Of a stretch of DNA of 64,000 nucleotides, positions 39,289-48,477 are shown one piece after another; the stretch's first letter is position 1, and each line of letters opens with the position of its first letter. The notes below the pieces were generated by a model. The model did no database searches. It was given only the letters and a program-made list of their open reading frames with translations, and had not been told where the DNA came from. A program made the translations under genes and the position numbers. The DNA comes from Candidatus Bathyarchaeota archaeon. Lineage in GTDB: Archaea; Thermoproteota; Bathyarchaeia; TCS64. The DNA is taken from the NCBI GenBank assembly GCA_963769425.1, contig CAVYLP010000004.1, positions 320,001 through 384,000 on the forward strand, read 5' to 3'.

Positions 39289-40095
39289 CTATCGCTTAAA
39301 CTCTATGCCTTCTTTTCCGATCTTGATGTGAATAAAATTATAGGGTGCCCAAGGACCGCTATATAGAAGCTTCACCATCGGATACATCGATCTCAACCGA
39401 GCAACTTCCTCCGAGAACGGGGGTAAACTATCTTTCTTTACCAAGAATGATTCATTGAATAATAACCGGTCACTAAATAATTCACCAGACACCGATTTAA
39501 TTGCCAAACATTTTAGAGGTTCAAGAATTTCAGTAGGTTTTAAATCTTGAGTGTCAGTTAGATCCTTCATAATTACCCCCTTAACTCCTAGCTCAACGCA
39601 ATTCTCGACGGATCTAAGTGCCTCCGTGATGTGGGTACTCGCCTTTTCAAGGAGTTGCTTGAGAACTACTCCAGACTGGAGCACTGTTTCGAACTCGGCT
39701 GGAATAACTGTATTAGATTCCAAGAGAAGTCGAAGTACCTCGTTATGTCTCTTCGCATTCGCTTCAGTGAGCTCATATTCCCCTTTTTCAGTGTCGCTTA
39801 CGACGCCGGCTAAGCCTTCATATTGAATTACATAAACTTCTTCGTCGAGTATACCTATTTTCCCGAAATTCGCTTTTCCGTTATTGAATATTATTGCGTA
39901 GAGGTATTTTCCGGATTGCATATTTCCAACATAGGTTACTTTTGCAGATCGATTTTCTTCATTAATTTTGATATCTGTTATAGTTTCAGTATCAGCAATA
40001 ACTGTTCCCGATTCTTCACTTTTAGGTATTATCTTATAAGCTGTTTGTGTCTCCACCGTTGAGCTCAAAGTGAGTTCATTGTTAGGTTCAATCAA
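39289..40095 (-). CDS. gvpF: Gas vesicle protein GvpF
   Basis: YLYAII, LAGVVSD, HNEVL, TVIPAEF, ELGVK and YSGPWAPYNF. Confidence 0.9.
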   Translation of the reverse strand: MIEPNNELTLSSTVETQTAYKIIPKSEESGTVIADTETITDIKINEENRSAKVTYVGNMQSGKYLYAIIFNNGKANFGKIGILDEEVYVIQYEGLAGVVSDTEKGEYELTEANAKRHNEVLRLLLESNTVIPAEFETVLQSGVVLKQLLEKASTHITEALRSVENCVELGVKGVIMKDLTDTQDLKPTEILEPLKCLAIKSVSGELFSDRLLFNESFLVKKDSLPPFSEEVARLRSMYPMVKLLYSGPWAPYNFIHIKIGKEGIEFKR

Positions 40096-40984
40096 GCCAT
40101 GGATCTCTCCTTCTGTTCGAATTTAGTCTTACTGTGTTGTCAACCAGTTGACCGGCTTCCATTTGAAGGTTCGATCTACTTTGAAGATAATTATTTAACA
40201 TTTTTCGGGCTTGTATTTGGTCAGAGATTAGTTGCTGTATTTCACTCTCGGATTCGCTAGTGGTTTTGTATATCCGCTCCTTTCCCATTCTCATGGAAGA
40301 AAGTAGCCCCTTTTTCTGTAGAGAATCTAGTAGGGGATAGACGGCGCCTGGACTTAGTAGAACATTGAACTCCATATTTATCGTTTTCATTATGTCTAAC
40401 CCAGTCATCATTTTCTCCTGCATTAATGAGAGAATAATTATGTCCAAATTATCTTTCACATTCTTTTTTATGGAGTCATAAGATACCTGAAGCGATTCTA
40501 TAAATTCTCCAGAAATGAGGGCCAGATCGTTCGTCGTTAGCTGTAAGAGAGTGTGAAGTTTGGAGAGTGGTTTGATCATTTGTTCAGATAAGGCGTTTAT
40601 TCGATACGTGCAAAGGCATCTGATGGGATTCTTAGCGATTAATCCGATAATATTCTGTTCTCGCTCCCAGATCTGCTCATATGTCTGACTCGGTAGAGAT
40701 CCTGTATCGATGATTAGACGTATCTTGGTTTTTTTATCTGATTCATCGTTCAGACTATTTAATCCATCGAAGCTAAGGACTTTCAAGTTAACATTGGCTA
40801 AGTCTAATTCGTTTATGATTTTCCCTTGTTCGTCTGATGAAATTATTATTGCATCTTCATCGTCTTCCATAGAATCAAAAAAAGACTTGTGTATTAGTTG
40901 TTTATTCACCTTTGATGAATATAGGTGTAAAATATGCTCTGAAGATTTAGTGTCTATAATACAACTTAAATCATTACTAATCAT
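40088..40984 (-). CDS. MEDS-like sensor domain fused to a PadR-type wHTH (GvpE-like regulator)
   Basis: EHILHLY...WEREQ...CLCTY (MEDS-like) followed by LDIIILSL...LLSPGAVYPLL.SL.KKGLL. Confidence 0.75.
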   Translation of the reverse strand: MISNDLSCIIDTKSSEHILHLYSSKVNKQLIHKSFFDSMEDDEDAIIISSDEQGKIINELDLANVNLKVLSFDGLNSLNDESDKKTKIRLIIDTGSLPSQTYEQIWEREQNIIGLIAKNPIRCLCTYRINALSEQMIKPLSKLHTLLQLTTNDLALISGEFIESLQVSYDSIKKNVKDNLDIIILSLMQEKMMTGLDIMKTINMEFNVLLSPGAVYPLLDSLQKKGLLSSMRMGKERIYKTTSESESEIQQLISDQIQARKMLNNYLQSRSNLQMEAGQLVDNTVRLNSNRRRDPWLD

Positions 40985-41059
40985 ATATATTCATCCATCA
41001 CTAGCAATTGGTTTCTCTTCCTGATATTGAATTATTAACTTTAACATTGTGAAAGTTCT

Positions 41060-41347
41060 TTATCCTGAGTAGTGATCAAAGCGTTTACGGATCAATATCT
41101 GCTTCCAGCCCAAAATCTTGCCACTTGCATTGAAGTTAACCTGGTAACGACTGAGAAGATCTTGAGAGTCGGGCATACCCTTTCTTTCGAGAGCCTCAAC
41201 GATTACGTACCAGCCATCCTTGGACTCCTCGATACTTACAACCGTCTCAGCTTTACGTAGAATCGTATTTTTCACTATATCCATTGCTGACATCACAAAA
41301 AATTCGATTGGGGGAGTATTCTGCATCATAGCTTCGTTACTTGACAA
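41060..41347 (-). CDS. gvpO: Gas vesicle protein GvpO
   Basis: DGWYVIVEALERKGMPDSQDLLSRYQV. Confidence 0.92.
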   Translation of the reverse strand: MSSNEAMMQNTPPIEFFVMSAMDIVKNTILRKAETVVSIEESKDGWYVIVEALERKGMPDSQDLLSRYQVNFNASGKILGWKQILIRKRFDHYSG

Positions 41348-41349
41348 GT

Positions 41350-42363
41350 TTATTGATCCTTCCTGTAGACATCCCTCAATACATCGTCAACTAAGGTGAT
41401 GTACTTCGAATCCGATTCGGGACCTGAGATCTTTGAGGAAAGTACATCGAGGTATATCTGCTGAATGTCCTCGAACTCTCGACTCATCATTACTCTTAGC
41501 CCCCTTCCAACCATTATAGCCGCTCGGGTTCCCGGCTTCGACTCAAGGGGCATTTTATCCCTAATATGCCTCATCGAAGTAACTACTTTTCCCGCGTCTT
41601 CGTCATTAAGCCCAGTGTGCTTCATCACAATATCGAGCTCTGTGGGGAAATCGTAATAGTCCATGTAAATGTGAATCATGCGATCCAGAAGGGCATCTTG
41701 TGGCCTGTGAACACCAGCATACTCGATGGAGTTGCTTGTGAATATTACACTGAAGTTAGGATGCACCTTCACGTAGCGTTGTGCACCAAACATCATTGGA
41801 AGCTCGAGAATGCCCTCTTCGAGGACTGAAAGTAGCACGTTGTTGGCCATCGGCTTTGCTCGAGAAAACTCGTTATAGATTAGAGTGTAGCCATACTTAC
41901 ATGCGATCGTAAGTGGGTTATCCACCCACATGTATTTACTCTTGTCCTTCGCGACGACGACGTTGTGTACGTACCTATCCCTAATTATGGATGTCTCCAT
42001 CTCGGAGTACCCTCCGATCAGGTCTCCAGTTGTCATTTGATCGTCTCCGTTTACCCATAGAATGGGTTGGCCCATTTTCCTGGCTACGGCTAGCGCTAGC
42101 GTCGTCTTCCCACACCCGGTTGGACCTATTAGATGTGGAGAATACCCAACATCGGTCCACTTCACTACTCGCTCAATTATCTTGCTGACTTGTTCTGTCT
42201 CCACGAAATTCTCATTGGCTGGAACCAGAAACTCGAAATCTACTTTATCAATTTTTATAGGTTCTTCGTTTTTCACTCTTTTCTTCTTATCTGAGTGCTC
42301 CTTCATCGTGTCATGTATTTTTGACCCAATCACTCGTCGAGGATGCGCTTCCTTGTAATACAT
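41350..42363 (-). CDS. gvpN: Gas vesicle AAA+ ATPase GvpN
   Basis: HLIGPTGCGKT, VDNPLT, YNEFSR, TSNSIEYAGVH.PQDALLDR. Confidence 0.96.
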   Translation of the reverse strand: MYYKEAHPRRVIGSKIHDTMKEHSDKKKRVKNEEPIKIDKVDFEFLVPANENFVETEQVSKIIERVVKWTDVGYSPHLIGPTGCGKTTLALAVARKMGQPILWVNGDDQMTTGDLIGGYSEMETSIIRDRYVHNVVVAKDKSKYMWVDNPLTIACKYGYTLIYNEFSRAKPMANNVLLSVLEEGILELPMMFGAQRYVKVHPNFSVIFTSNSIEYAGVHRPQDALLDRMIHIYMDYYDFPTELDIVMKHTGLNDEDAGKVVTSMRHIRDKMPLESKPGTRAAIMVGRGLRVMMSREFEDIQQIYLDVLSSKISGPESDSKYITLVDDVLRDVYRKDQ

Positions 42364-42493
42364 TCCTTTCTTATCACCTGAGAATGAGGGCTCCTTAGCC
42401 TTTTTAACTAATATTTAGAAAATAGTTATGAGTATTGAGTCGAGTTTGGAAACATTAACAATAAACGAATAAGTGAAAAAACTAAGAAATAGG

Positions 42494-42652
42494 TTATGTC
42501 GCCTTTTGCTTATTTTCCATATTACTCTTCAGCCATATGGTCCTTACACACTGTGGGCGAGGAACAACTGACATATGTTGAGTCATTTCTCTGAATTTCT
42601 TTGACCAGAGTAACTGTTTTATCCTTTTTGGATTCTTACTTGCTATAGACAT
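42494..42652 (-). CDS. Small basic protein (52 aa), positional GvpI-like candidate
   Basis: Manual translation MSIASKNPKRIKQLLWSKKFREMTQHMSVVPRPQCVRTIWLKSNMENKQKAT; GAAGGT just upstream and a TTATATA box further up. Confidence 0.5.
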   Translation of the reverse strand: MSIASKNPKRIKQLLWSKKFREMTQHMSVVPRPQCVRTIWLKSNMENKQKAT

Positions 42653-42860
42653 ATTTCTTAACCTTCTACACTGAGCTAAAACGATTCTCTGAAAGTATAT
42701 AACAAATATTCAAGGAGATGAAACGTAAATTGTTTCGAATCCGGATGTTCCTTTTGATTAATGATAATGAAGTTTGTTTAAAAGAGTTTTTTTGATAAAT
42801 CTATTGATAAATATAATATGAGTGACAAAGAGCGAGTAAATAGTTTATTTTTTGATATTT

Positions 42861-43574
42861 TTAGATTGTCTTTAACTTTTTTAAAGTTATTTCTAAAATA
42901 CCATTTTCGTATTTCTTTTTAACATCAGTTTTATCGGCTTTTTCAGGGAGGTTTATTTCGATGAGGTTATTGTCATTTAGACCAGTATTTATTTTTAGCT
43001 TATCCCGATCGACTTCGACTGTTATTTTCTTTTCGTCCAAGTTTGGTAGCTCAGCTATTATGGTGATGTAGTCGACATTTTCCGTTATTTCGATTAAGGG
43101 TTCGTTATTATCTAGGGATTTGGGTAAATCTCCGAGTTTTAAGTTGAGGGATGGCTCTTTTCCAGGACGTTTACTGTTAAGACTGCTGTGGCCAACGATA
43201 TGACCTTTCAGAGGTCTGGCGTTTATTTTATATTCGAAGACACCTTTTTTTCCTGCTACCTCAAATTCCTTTTTAACATATTCCGTTTTTTCTGATAGTT
43301 CAGATAATCTGTTAATAATATCTATAAATCCGCCGTTTTTATTATTATCACTCGCCTTTCCAGAAATTCCCATAGTGTTAAAAGTTAAATTGAATAGATC
43401 TGATACCTCATTCACCATTTTCTTTAAATCACTATTTTCATCTACTTGTTTATTTTTTTGCATCTTTTCATTTAATTCTTGTAAGCTTTTTTCAATTTTC
43501 TCGATTTCATTTTTCCTTTGTTTTACTTCTTCCGATAAGTCCTCTATTTTTTTTCTGATGTCATCATTTGACAA
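42861..43574 (-). CDS. Hsp20/alpha-crystallin-domain protein with an N-terminal coiled coil (GvpH-like)
   Basis: EPLIEI...IIAELP...YENGILEITL motif; heptad-rich N-terminus. Confidence 0.8.
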   Translation of the reverse strand: MSNDDIRKKIEDLSEEVKQRKNEIEKIEKSLQELNEKMQKNKQVDENSDLKKMVNEVSDLFNLTFNTMGISGKASDNNKNGGFIDIINRLSELSEKTEYVKKEFEVAGKKGVFEYKINARPLKGHIVGHSSLNSKRPGKEPSLNLKLGDLPKSLDNNEPLIEITENVDYITIIAELPNLDEKKITVEVDRDKLKINTGLNDNNLIEINLPEKADKTDVKKKYENGILEITLKKLKTI

Positions 43575-43589
43575 TTCATTAACACACTC

Positions 43590-43958
43590 TTAGACATTAT
43601 TCGCGTTCAAATTTTTTAATAAATGTATATTTACAAAACTGAATATTCTTTCACTATGTTTTTGATACGAATCATTAATTATATGTACCCTTATTTGACC
43701 TTTCTCAGTGAGAGAATATAATTTTCTTCTATCCATGGAGTTAACTTCTATAAATCCCTCCTTCTCAAGATGATATAGAAGAGGGTACAGAGTCCCTGGG
43801 CTAAGTAAAACGCCGAACGACTTGTGTAATTCTCCGATTAATTTGTATCCGTATATGGGTTCGCCATTCAGCATAGCAAGTACTATTACGTCTAAAAATG
43901 TCTTGATCATGCTGTCGTTTAGTTTTTCCGAAGTATATTCTGGATACATCGTGGTCAT
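43590..43958 (-). CDS. PadR-family regulator (GvpE-like)
   Basis: LDVIVLAML...YGYKLI...LLSPGTLYPLL..LEKEG...RRKLYSLTEKG. Confidence 0.9.
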   Translation of the reverse strand: MTTMYPEYTSEKLNDSMIKTFLDVIVLAMLNGEPIYGYKLIGELHKSFGVLLSPGTLYPLLYHLEKEGFIEVNSMDRRKLYSLTEKGQIRVHIINDSYQKHSERIFSFVNIHLLKNLNANNV

Positions 43959-44125
43959 GGTAGGTACAACAGTTAGTTTGTTATTAAACAGTTATGAATG
44001 CCATATTTATGTAAAATATACATCCAGATGAATTATCAATCTATACAAGAAAATCATGTAAATTAAACATCTATAATAAGGATATTATGTTTAATGATTT
44101 ATAGTATATTTTCTGATTTGATATA

Positions 44126-44157
44126 AGAAACGGATATCTAAATATTGCTTATATAAA
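44126..44157 (+). promoter_or_regulatory. Putative gvpA promoter (TATA box plus upstream motif)
   Basis: TTATATAAA at 44149-44157, preceded by AGAAACGGATAT at 44126-44137. Confidence 0.45.
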
Positions 44158-44235
44158 GAAAGGGAATGTTCTGTGTTTAGGCGAGTCGAGAACGAAGAGT
44201 CGCCGACAAAACAAAAAAAGGAGTAATGAATGAAA

Positions 44236-44460
44236 ATGGTAAGTCAAACCCCAGATGCAAGCAGTCTCGCAGAAGTTATCGACAGGATACTGGACAAAGG
44301 TCTAGTCGTGGACGTATGGGCCAGGGCTTCACTGGTTGGGATAGAGATCCTGACCATCGAGGCTCGCGTGGTCGCAGCCAGCGTTGACACGTTCCTCCAC
44401 TACGCTGAGGAGATGACAAAGGTCGAGCAAGCGGCCATTGCCGTTGCCCCAGCTGCGTAG
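44236..44460 (+). CDS. gvpA: Major gas vesicle structural protein GvpA
   Basis: [51 protein letters not shown]; alternative start at 44230. Confidence 0.98.
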   Translation: MVSQTPDASSLAEVIDRILDKGLVVDVWARASLVGIEILTIEARVVAASVDTFLHYAEEMTKVEQAAIAVAPAA

Positions 44461-44499
44461 AGGATACCTACCACCTACTGACCTCTTCTGTTGAGGTGT

Positions 44500-45015
44500 A
44501 TGACCACGGCCGAATACAATGAAGCCAAAGAAACGTATATCAAGGAGCTAGCAAGCAACAACTCAAGGAAAAAGTTGGATGAGATAGCATCGGCTTTGGA
44601 CCTTGACCCCAAGAAGTACGCGAGCAAGAGGGAGATTGCATTAGCAATCATGCTGGCTGGCAGTCAAGCTCTGTTGTATAGGTCTAACGTCGACACCGCC
44701 GATACAGAAGAGGAAAAAAAGGAGATGAGTAAACAAATGAGTTCCGTGAAAAGCATCAGAAAAGCCATCAACGACGAAGCAGAGAGTTTCATGACATTCT
44801 ATAAGGGCGAGTTTATGACCAACATAGCAGCGTTCCATGATGCCACTCAGATGTTCAGAGAGGACATCAAAAAGCAGGTGAAGGAGAACAACGACTTTGA
44901 TCATGAATTTGGTCAGAGTGTCAAGAAATATCAGGACAGCATAGAAATCTTCAGACGCAGCATACTAGAACAGTCAAAAGAGAACCAAAAATACATCAGA
45001 CAGTTCTACGGCTAA
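44500..45015 (+). CDS. GvpC-like helical repeat protein with an extra N-terminal domain
   Basis: Directly after gvpA; two approximately 32-aa amphipathic repeats (F..............FR..I..Q.KEN..(F/Y)...F); GAGGTG Shine-Dalgarno before ATG 44500. Confidence 0.6.
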   Translation: MTTAEYNEAKETYIKELASNNSRKKLDEIASALDLDPKKYASKREIALAIMLAGSQALLYRSNVDTADTEEEKKEMSKQMSSVKSIRKAINDEAESFMTFYKGEFMTNIAAFHDATQMFREDIKKQVKENNDFDHEFGQSVKKYQDSIEIFRRSILEQSKENQKYIRQFYG

Positions 45016-45020
45016 TAGTC

Positions 45021-45048
45021 TCCCTTTTTTCACTTAATATTTTTCTTT
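45021..45048 (+). terminator. Oligo-T archaeal-type terminator after gvpAC
   Basis: CCCTTTTTT and TTTTTCTTT right after the stop codon. Confidence 0.4.
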
Positions 45049-45067
45049 GAGTAAATTTAACCAGGTA

Positions 45068-45410
45068 ACTAATTCGTATTTTTTTTAATAGTTTAGGAAG
45101 GGGATCAATAATTTATATAATTTAATGTGATTCTTAATAATATCTTTTAATAAGTAAATTTGTTGAATAGTATTGGAAATAATTTCCTTATTGATATTTA
45201 TTTCTTACTATCTTTTCTTATAACCTTAACGATGATTACTACTAATTCGTATTTTTTTTAATAGTTTAGGAAAGGGATCAATAATTTATATAATTTAATG
45301 TGATTCTTATAATATCTTTTAATAAGTAAATTTGTTGAATGGTATTGGAAATAATTTCTTTATTAATATTTATTTATTACTATCTTTTCTTATAACCTTA
45401 ACGATGATTA
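45068..45410. repeat. Tandem duplication, 2 x about 172 bp
   Basis: Copies start ACTAATTCGTATTTT at 45068 and 45241; about 6 differences counted by eye. Confidence 0.95.
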
Positions 45411-45534
45411 TCTCACCTAATTTTAAATTGAGTTCTCTAACGATATTTACAGGTATTGTAATTATTGAGCTAGCACATTGATATCTAACTTTACCTTCGA
45501 ACTTCTTTGAGAATTCATTGATTTCGTTCTCTGT
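45370..45534 (-). pseudogene. AbrB/MazE/SpoVT-like DNA-binding protein lacking an in-frame start
   Basis: Manual translation TENEINEFSKKFEGKVRYQCASSIITIPVNIVRELNLKLGEIIIVKVIRKDSNK*. Confidence 0.7.
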
Positions 45535-45780
45535 TTATAAGAACTGATGTGTGAACCTTAATTTAATATTCTTCGTGGTTTAATAACTCACAATAATTGT
45601 AAAGGCTTTAAATTTACCTCATTTCCACTCTCCCAGTTAATTCTTAGAGCAGGATCGATTGAAACACCATTTAATCTCTTTAACCTCATACATCCGACAA
45701 AACCATGGGAAAGTCTCGCGAGCGAGTTATCAACAGGGAACGGGCACTACTAAATAATTCTCATTGCGCGAAATATTTAA

Positions 45781-46032
45781 TCAACCATTAGCCCAGGTGT
45801 TATTTTTGGCTTTAGCCGCTTTCGCAGGAGCAAAAATCTCACTCTCTATACCAACTAAATGTTTAGCCTCTTGGAAGGAAATCAAGAAATCCTTTCCCTT
45901 CTCAGTGATCATGTAATGCTTCCTCTTCCCTATGCCTTCCTCAGCAGGGGTACGGTACTTCAAAAGTCCCTGATCTAGGGAGTCGTATAAGTGAGAACCT
46001 ACTTGTTTCCAGTTGCAGCTCGCCATGTACAT
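45781..46032 (-). pseudogene. N-terminally truncated archaeal winged-helix regulator
   Basis: MYMASCNW....HL..L...GLL...YMITEKGKDFL. Confidence 0.6.
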
Positions 46033-46406
46033 GATCGATTTTTAGTGAAATCGATTAAAACTGAACCTATTTGTTTCATATCCGAAATAATAATTGCCTC
46101 TCATTATTTATAAAAATATTTAATAAAATCGATATTAACCCGTATCGTTTTTCGATACAATTATCGATAATAATTTAGAAAATTCGAGATTATAACATAT
46201 TTGAGCAGTCTCTCAACTTCTAACGAGCGCTCTCACTAACTCCAGTTTCTGCTTCCATTCACTTCTTTTCCACGATGGAGATTATCCGATTCTTTAAAAC
46301 CAATTGGTTTATAGGGTCGGTTCTCTTTCTAGTGAAAGTACTCTTCATATTATTAACTGGATAATAGTGGAGAAGTATTGATATCTTGACAAAAGCGAAG
46401 ATCAAA

Positions 46407-46679
46407 TTAATTGGTTTTTTTGAATCCAATAACTGGATAGAGGTTTTTCAACTCTTTTTCTCTCTCATCTAATTGTTTTTCAATCAGTTCTAATAGTTGT
46501 TCAGGTGAAAATGGTTTTACAATGTACTCGTGTACCCCATAGCGGATAGCCTCCTGAGCGGTCTCAATGGAAGGATAGCCTGTAATGATTAATTTCCGGA
46601 TTACTGGCTTAGTGTCCTCAATAAAACCTATTAATTTTACTCCATCCATATCAGAGAGTTTAACGTCAACAATAATCAA
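46407..46679 (-). pseudogene. Response regulator receiver domain, N-terminally truncated
   Basis: IIVDVKLSDMDG, IITGY and YIVKPF motifs; the first acidic-pocket strand is missing. Confidence 0.75.
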
Positions 46680-46945
46680 TGAATAAAATTTATGAGATGT
46701 TTAATATAATGTTTAAGAAGATCTTCAGTCTTTTCTTTTCCATATGGTGTGAGTTTATATGATATTTTTATTGCTTTCCGTCACTACTATTTTTCGTTTA
46801 AATCGGGTTTCCGTCAACTCTACTATTAATCGAATTAAATTGTCTTTTTCCATTCTGTAAAGAAGTGGATACATGGTACCCGGACTCAGTAGGACGCCAA
46901 ATTGTTTGTGCCTGCTATTATCTTTTTCCCAAATTATGTTTATGT

Positions 46946-47077
46946 AGAGAGAAAAAAAATAGCGTCCCAGTAGGGTTCGCGGGTAAAGTTCGATATCAGT
47001 GTGCTAGTTCTATAATTACTATACCTGTAAGTATTGTCCGAGGTCTTAACCTGAAATTAGGTGATACTGTTATGTGA
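46946..47077 (+). pseudogene. AbrB/SpoVT-like paralog with a premature stop or frameshift
   Basis: FAGKVRYQCASSIITIPVSIVRGLNLKLGDTVM*, nearly identical to the core of 45370-45534. Confidence 0.65.
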
Positions 47078-47621
47078 GTGTCAAAAGATGATAGTAAGGA
47101 TAATTTGCAGACTAAGTAAACTAGTTAGATATTTTAACCGAGATAATATGTAATAGATATCCAATAGATCACACGCCTTATCTTTCACAGTGTCATCAAT
47201 CTAACCATTTAAAAAAATCATTTGATTTCAATCTAAAAAATAGTCTTAACTTCAATACTATACGATATGATACATCGATATACTTTTAAAAAACTACATA
47301 TTCAGATCTGAACGACATTACAGAACGTTAAAAATTCAAAAGTAAAAATTAATCCTCTATCCAACATTTTATTGATAGCTTCTGTCATACTGAATGCCTC
47401 TACGGCGACTTACCGTTTTTTTCATATATATATATTTATTTTTTTCTACGAGCCTTTTTTTGACTCGCTTAAACAAATTATATTATATTTGTTTATGCAC
47501 ATCTGCTATTATCTTGTAACCATATGCAGGTTCGTTTTTTAATATGATGAGAATTATAATATCTAAAAGGGATTTTATAAGTTGGTCGTCGAGGTTTACT
47601 TCGATTCGATTTTGTGGATAT

Positions 47622-47786
47622 AACATTAAAGTAATACACCTTCATTGGAGGCAATGTTAAACTTTAGACACGATCTCCAAGTTAAGAAGCCTCATCCCAA
47701 AAAAAAAAAACATTAACGTAATACACCTTCGTTGTAGGCTATGGTAAACTTTAGCACGCTCTCCACGTTAAGAAACCTGATCCCAA
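47622..47786. repeat. Imperfect tandem repeat, 2 x about 79 bp, separated by an A tract
   Basis: AACATTAA.GTAATACACCTTC...TCCCAA at 47622 and 47709. Confidence 0.9.
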
Positions 47787-48477
47787 ACATATTTACACAG
47801 TCATCTTTGATGCAACTTGGTTCTTCGACCCGAGTTAATTCGGCTCGTAATGAGTTTTCACTTATTTCCTTACCGAGTAACTCAAAACTAGGTTAATATA
47901 ATTTTAACTGTTATTCATCAAGAATCTATAAATATTCACATTCTCGTTAAATAAATATTTTCTGTTAATCGATTCGAAATCGTATCGAAATCCGATAATT
48001 CAATTATATATTTATTATATATGGAGAAAAATACAACATAATATTAATGAAAAATATACTTAACGGGTTAATAATCGCCTTAGACTGAAATTTTTATACT
48101 CTCGAAGTTTTAAAGGTCTCTGCGTTGCATTGGTGACCTTGAAAGCTTTAAAGTTTAATTTAGTTTGATTTGTATAGCACCTTTGGTCGAGTTTTGATCT
48201 TGATCGTGAAATAAGTTGCGCGCGCGAATGATAGTATCGTATGAAAGTTTCAATTCCATAATCTTTAGAATAGTGATATGATTGTTGCCCGTATGGAGAT
48301 AAATAGAATCATTGTTGCGTTTACCCTTTTCAGACGGAACGAGACTTACTGGGATATTTTAGAAAGGTGAAGAGCACTAATGCGATTACATTTAGGATAT
48401 GAAATTAGATAGCTATCATTTGGATAATTTCAGATTTTCTTCTAAATCGATAAATTTATACATTCACAATTCACTTT

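Noticed and set aside
47075-47077. Selenocysteine readthrough of the TGA in the AbrB-like ORF
   Set aside because: The position does not correspond to a Cys in the paralog; a 1-bp indel explains it better
45068-47790. CRISPR array or iteron interpretation of the repeats
   Set aside because: Only two long copies each, no repeat-spacer periodicity, and no cas genes
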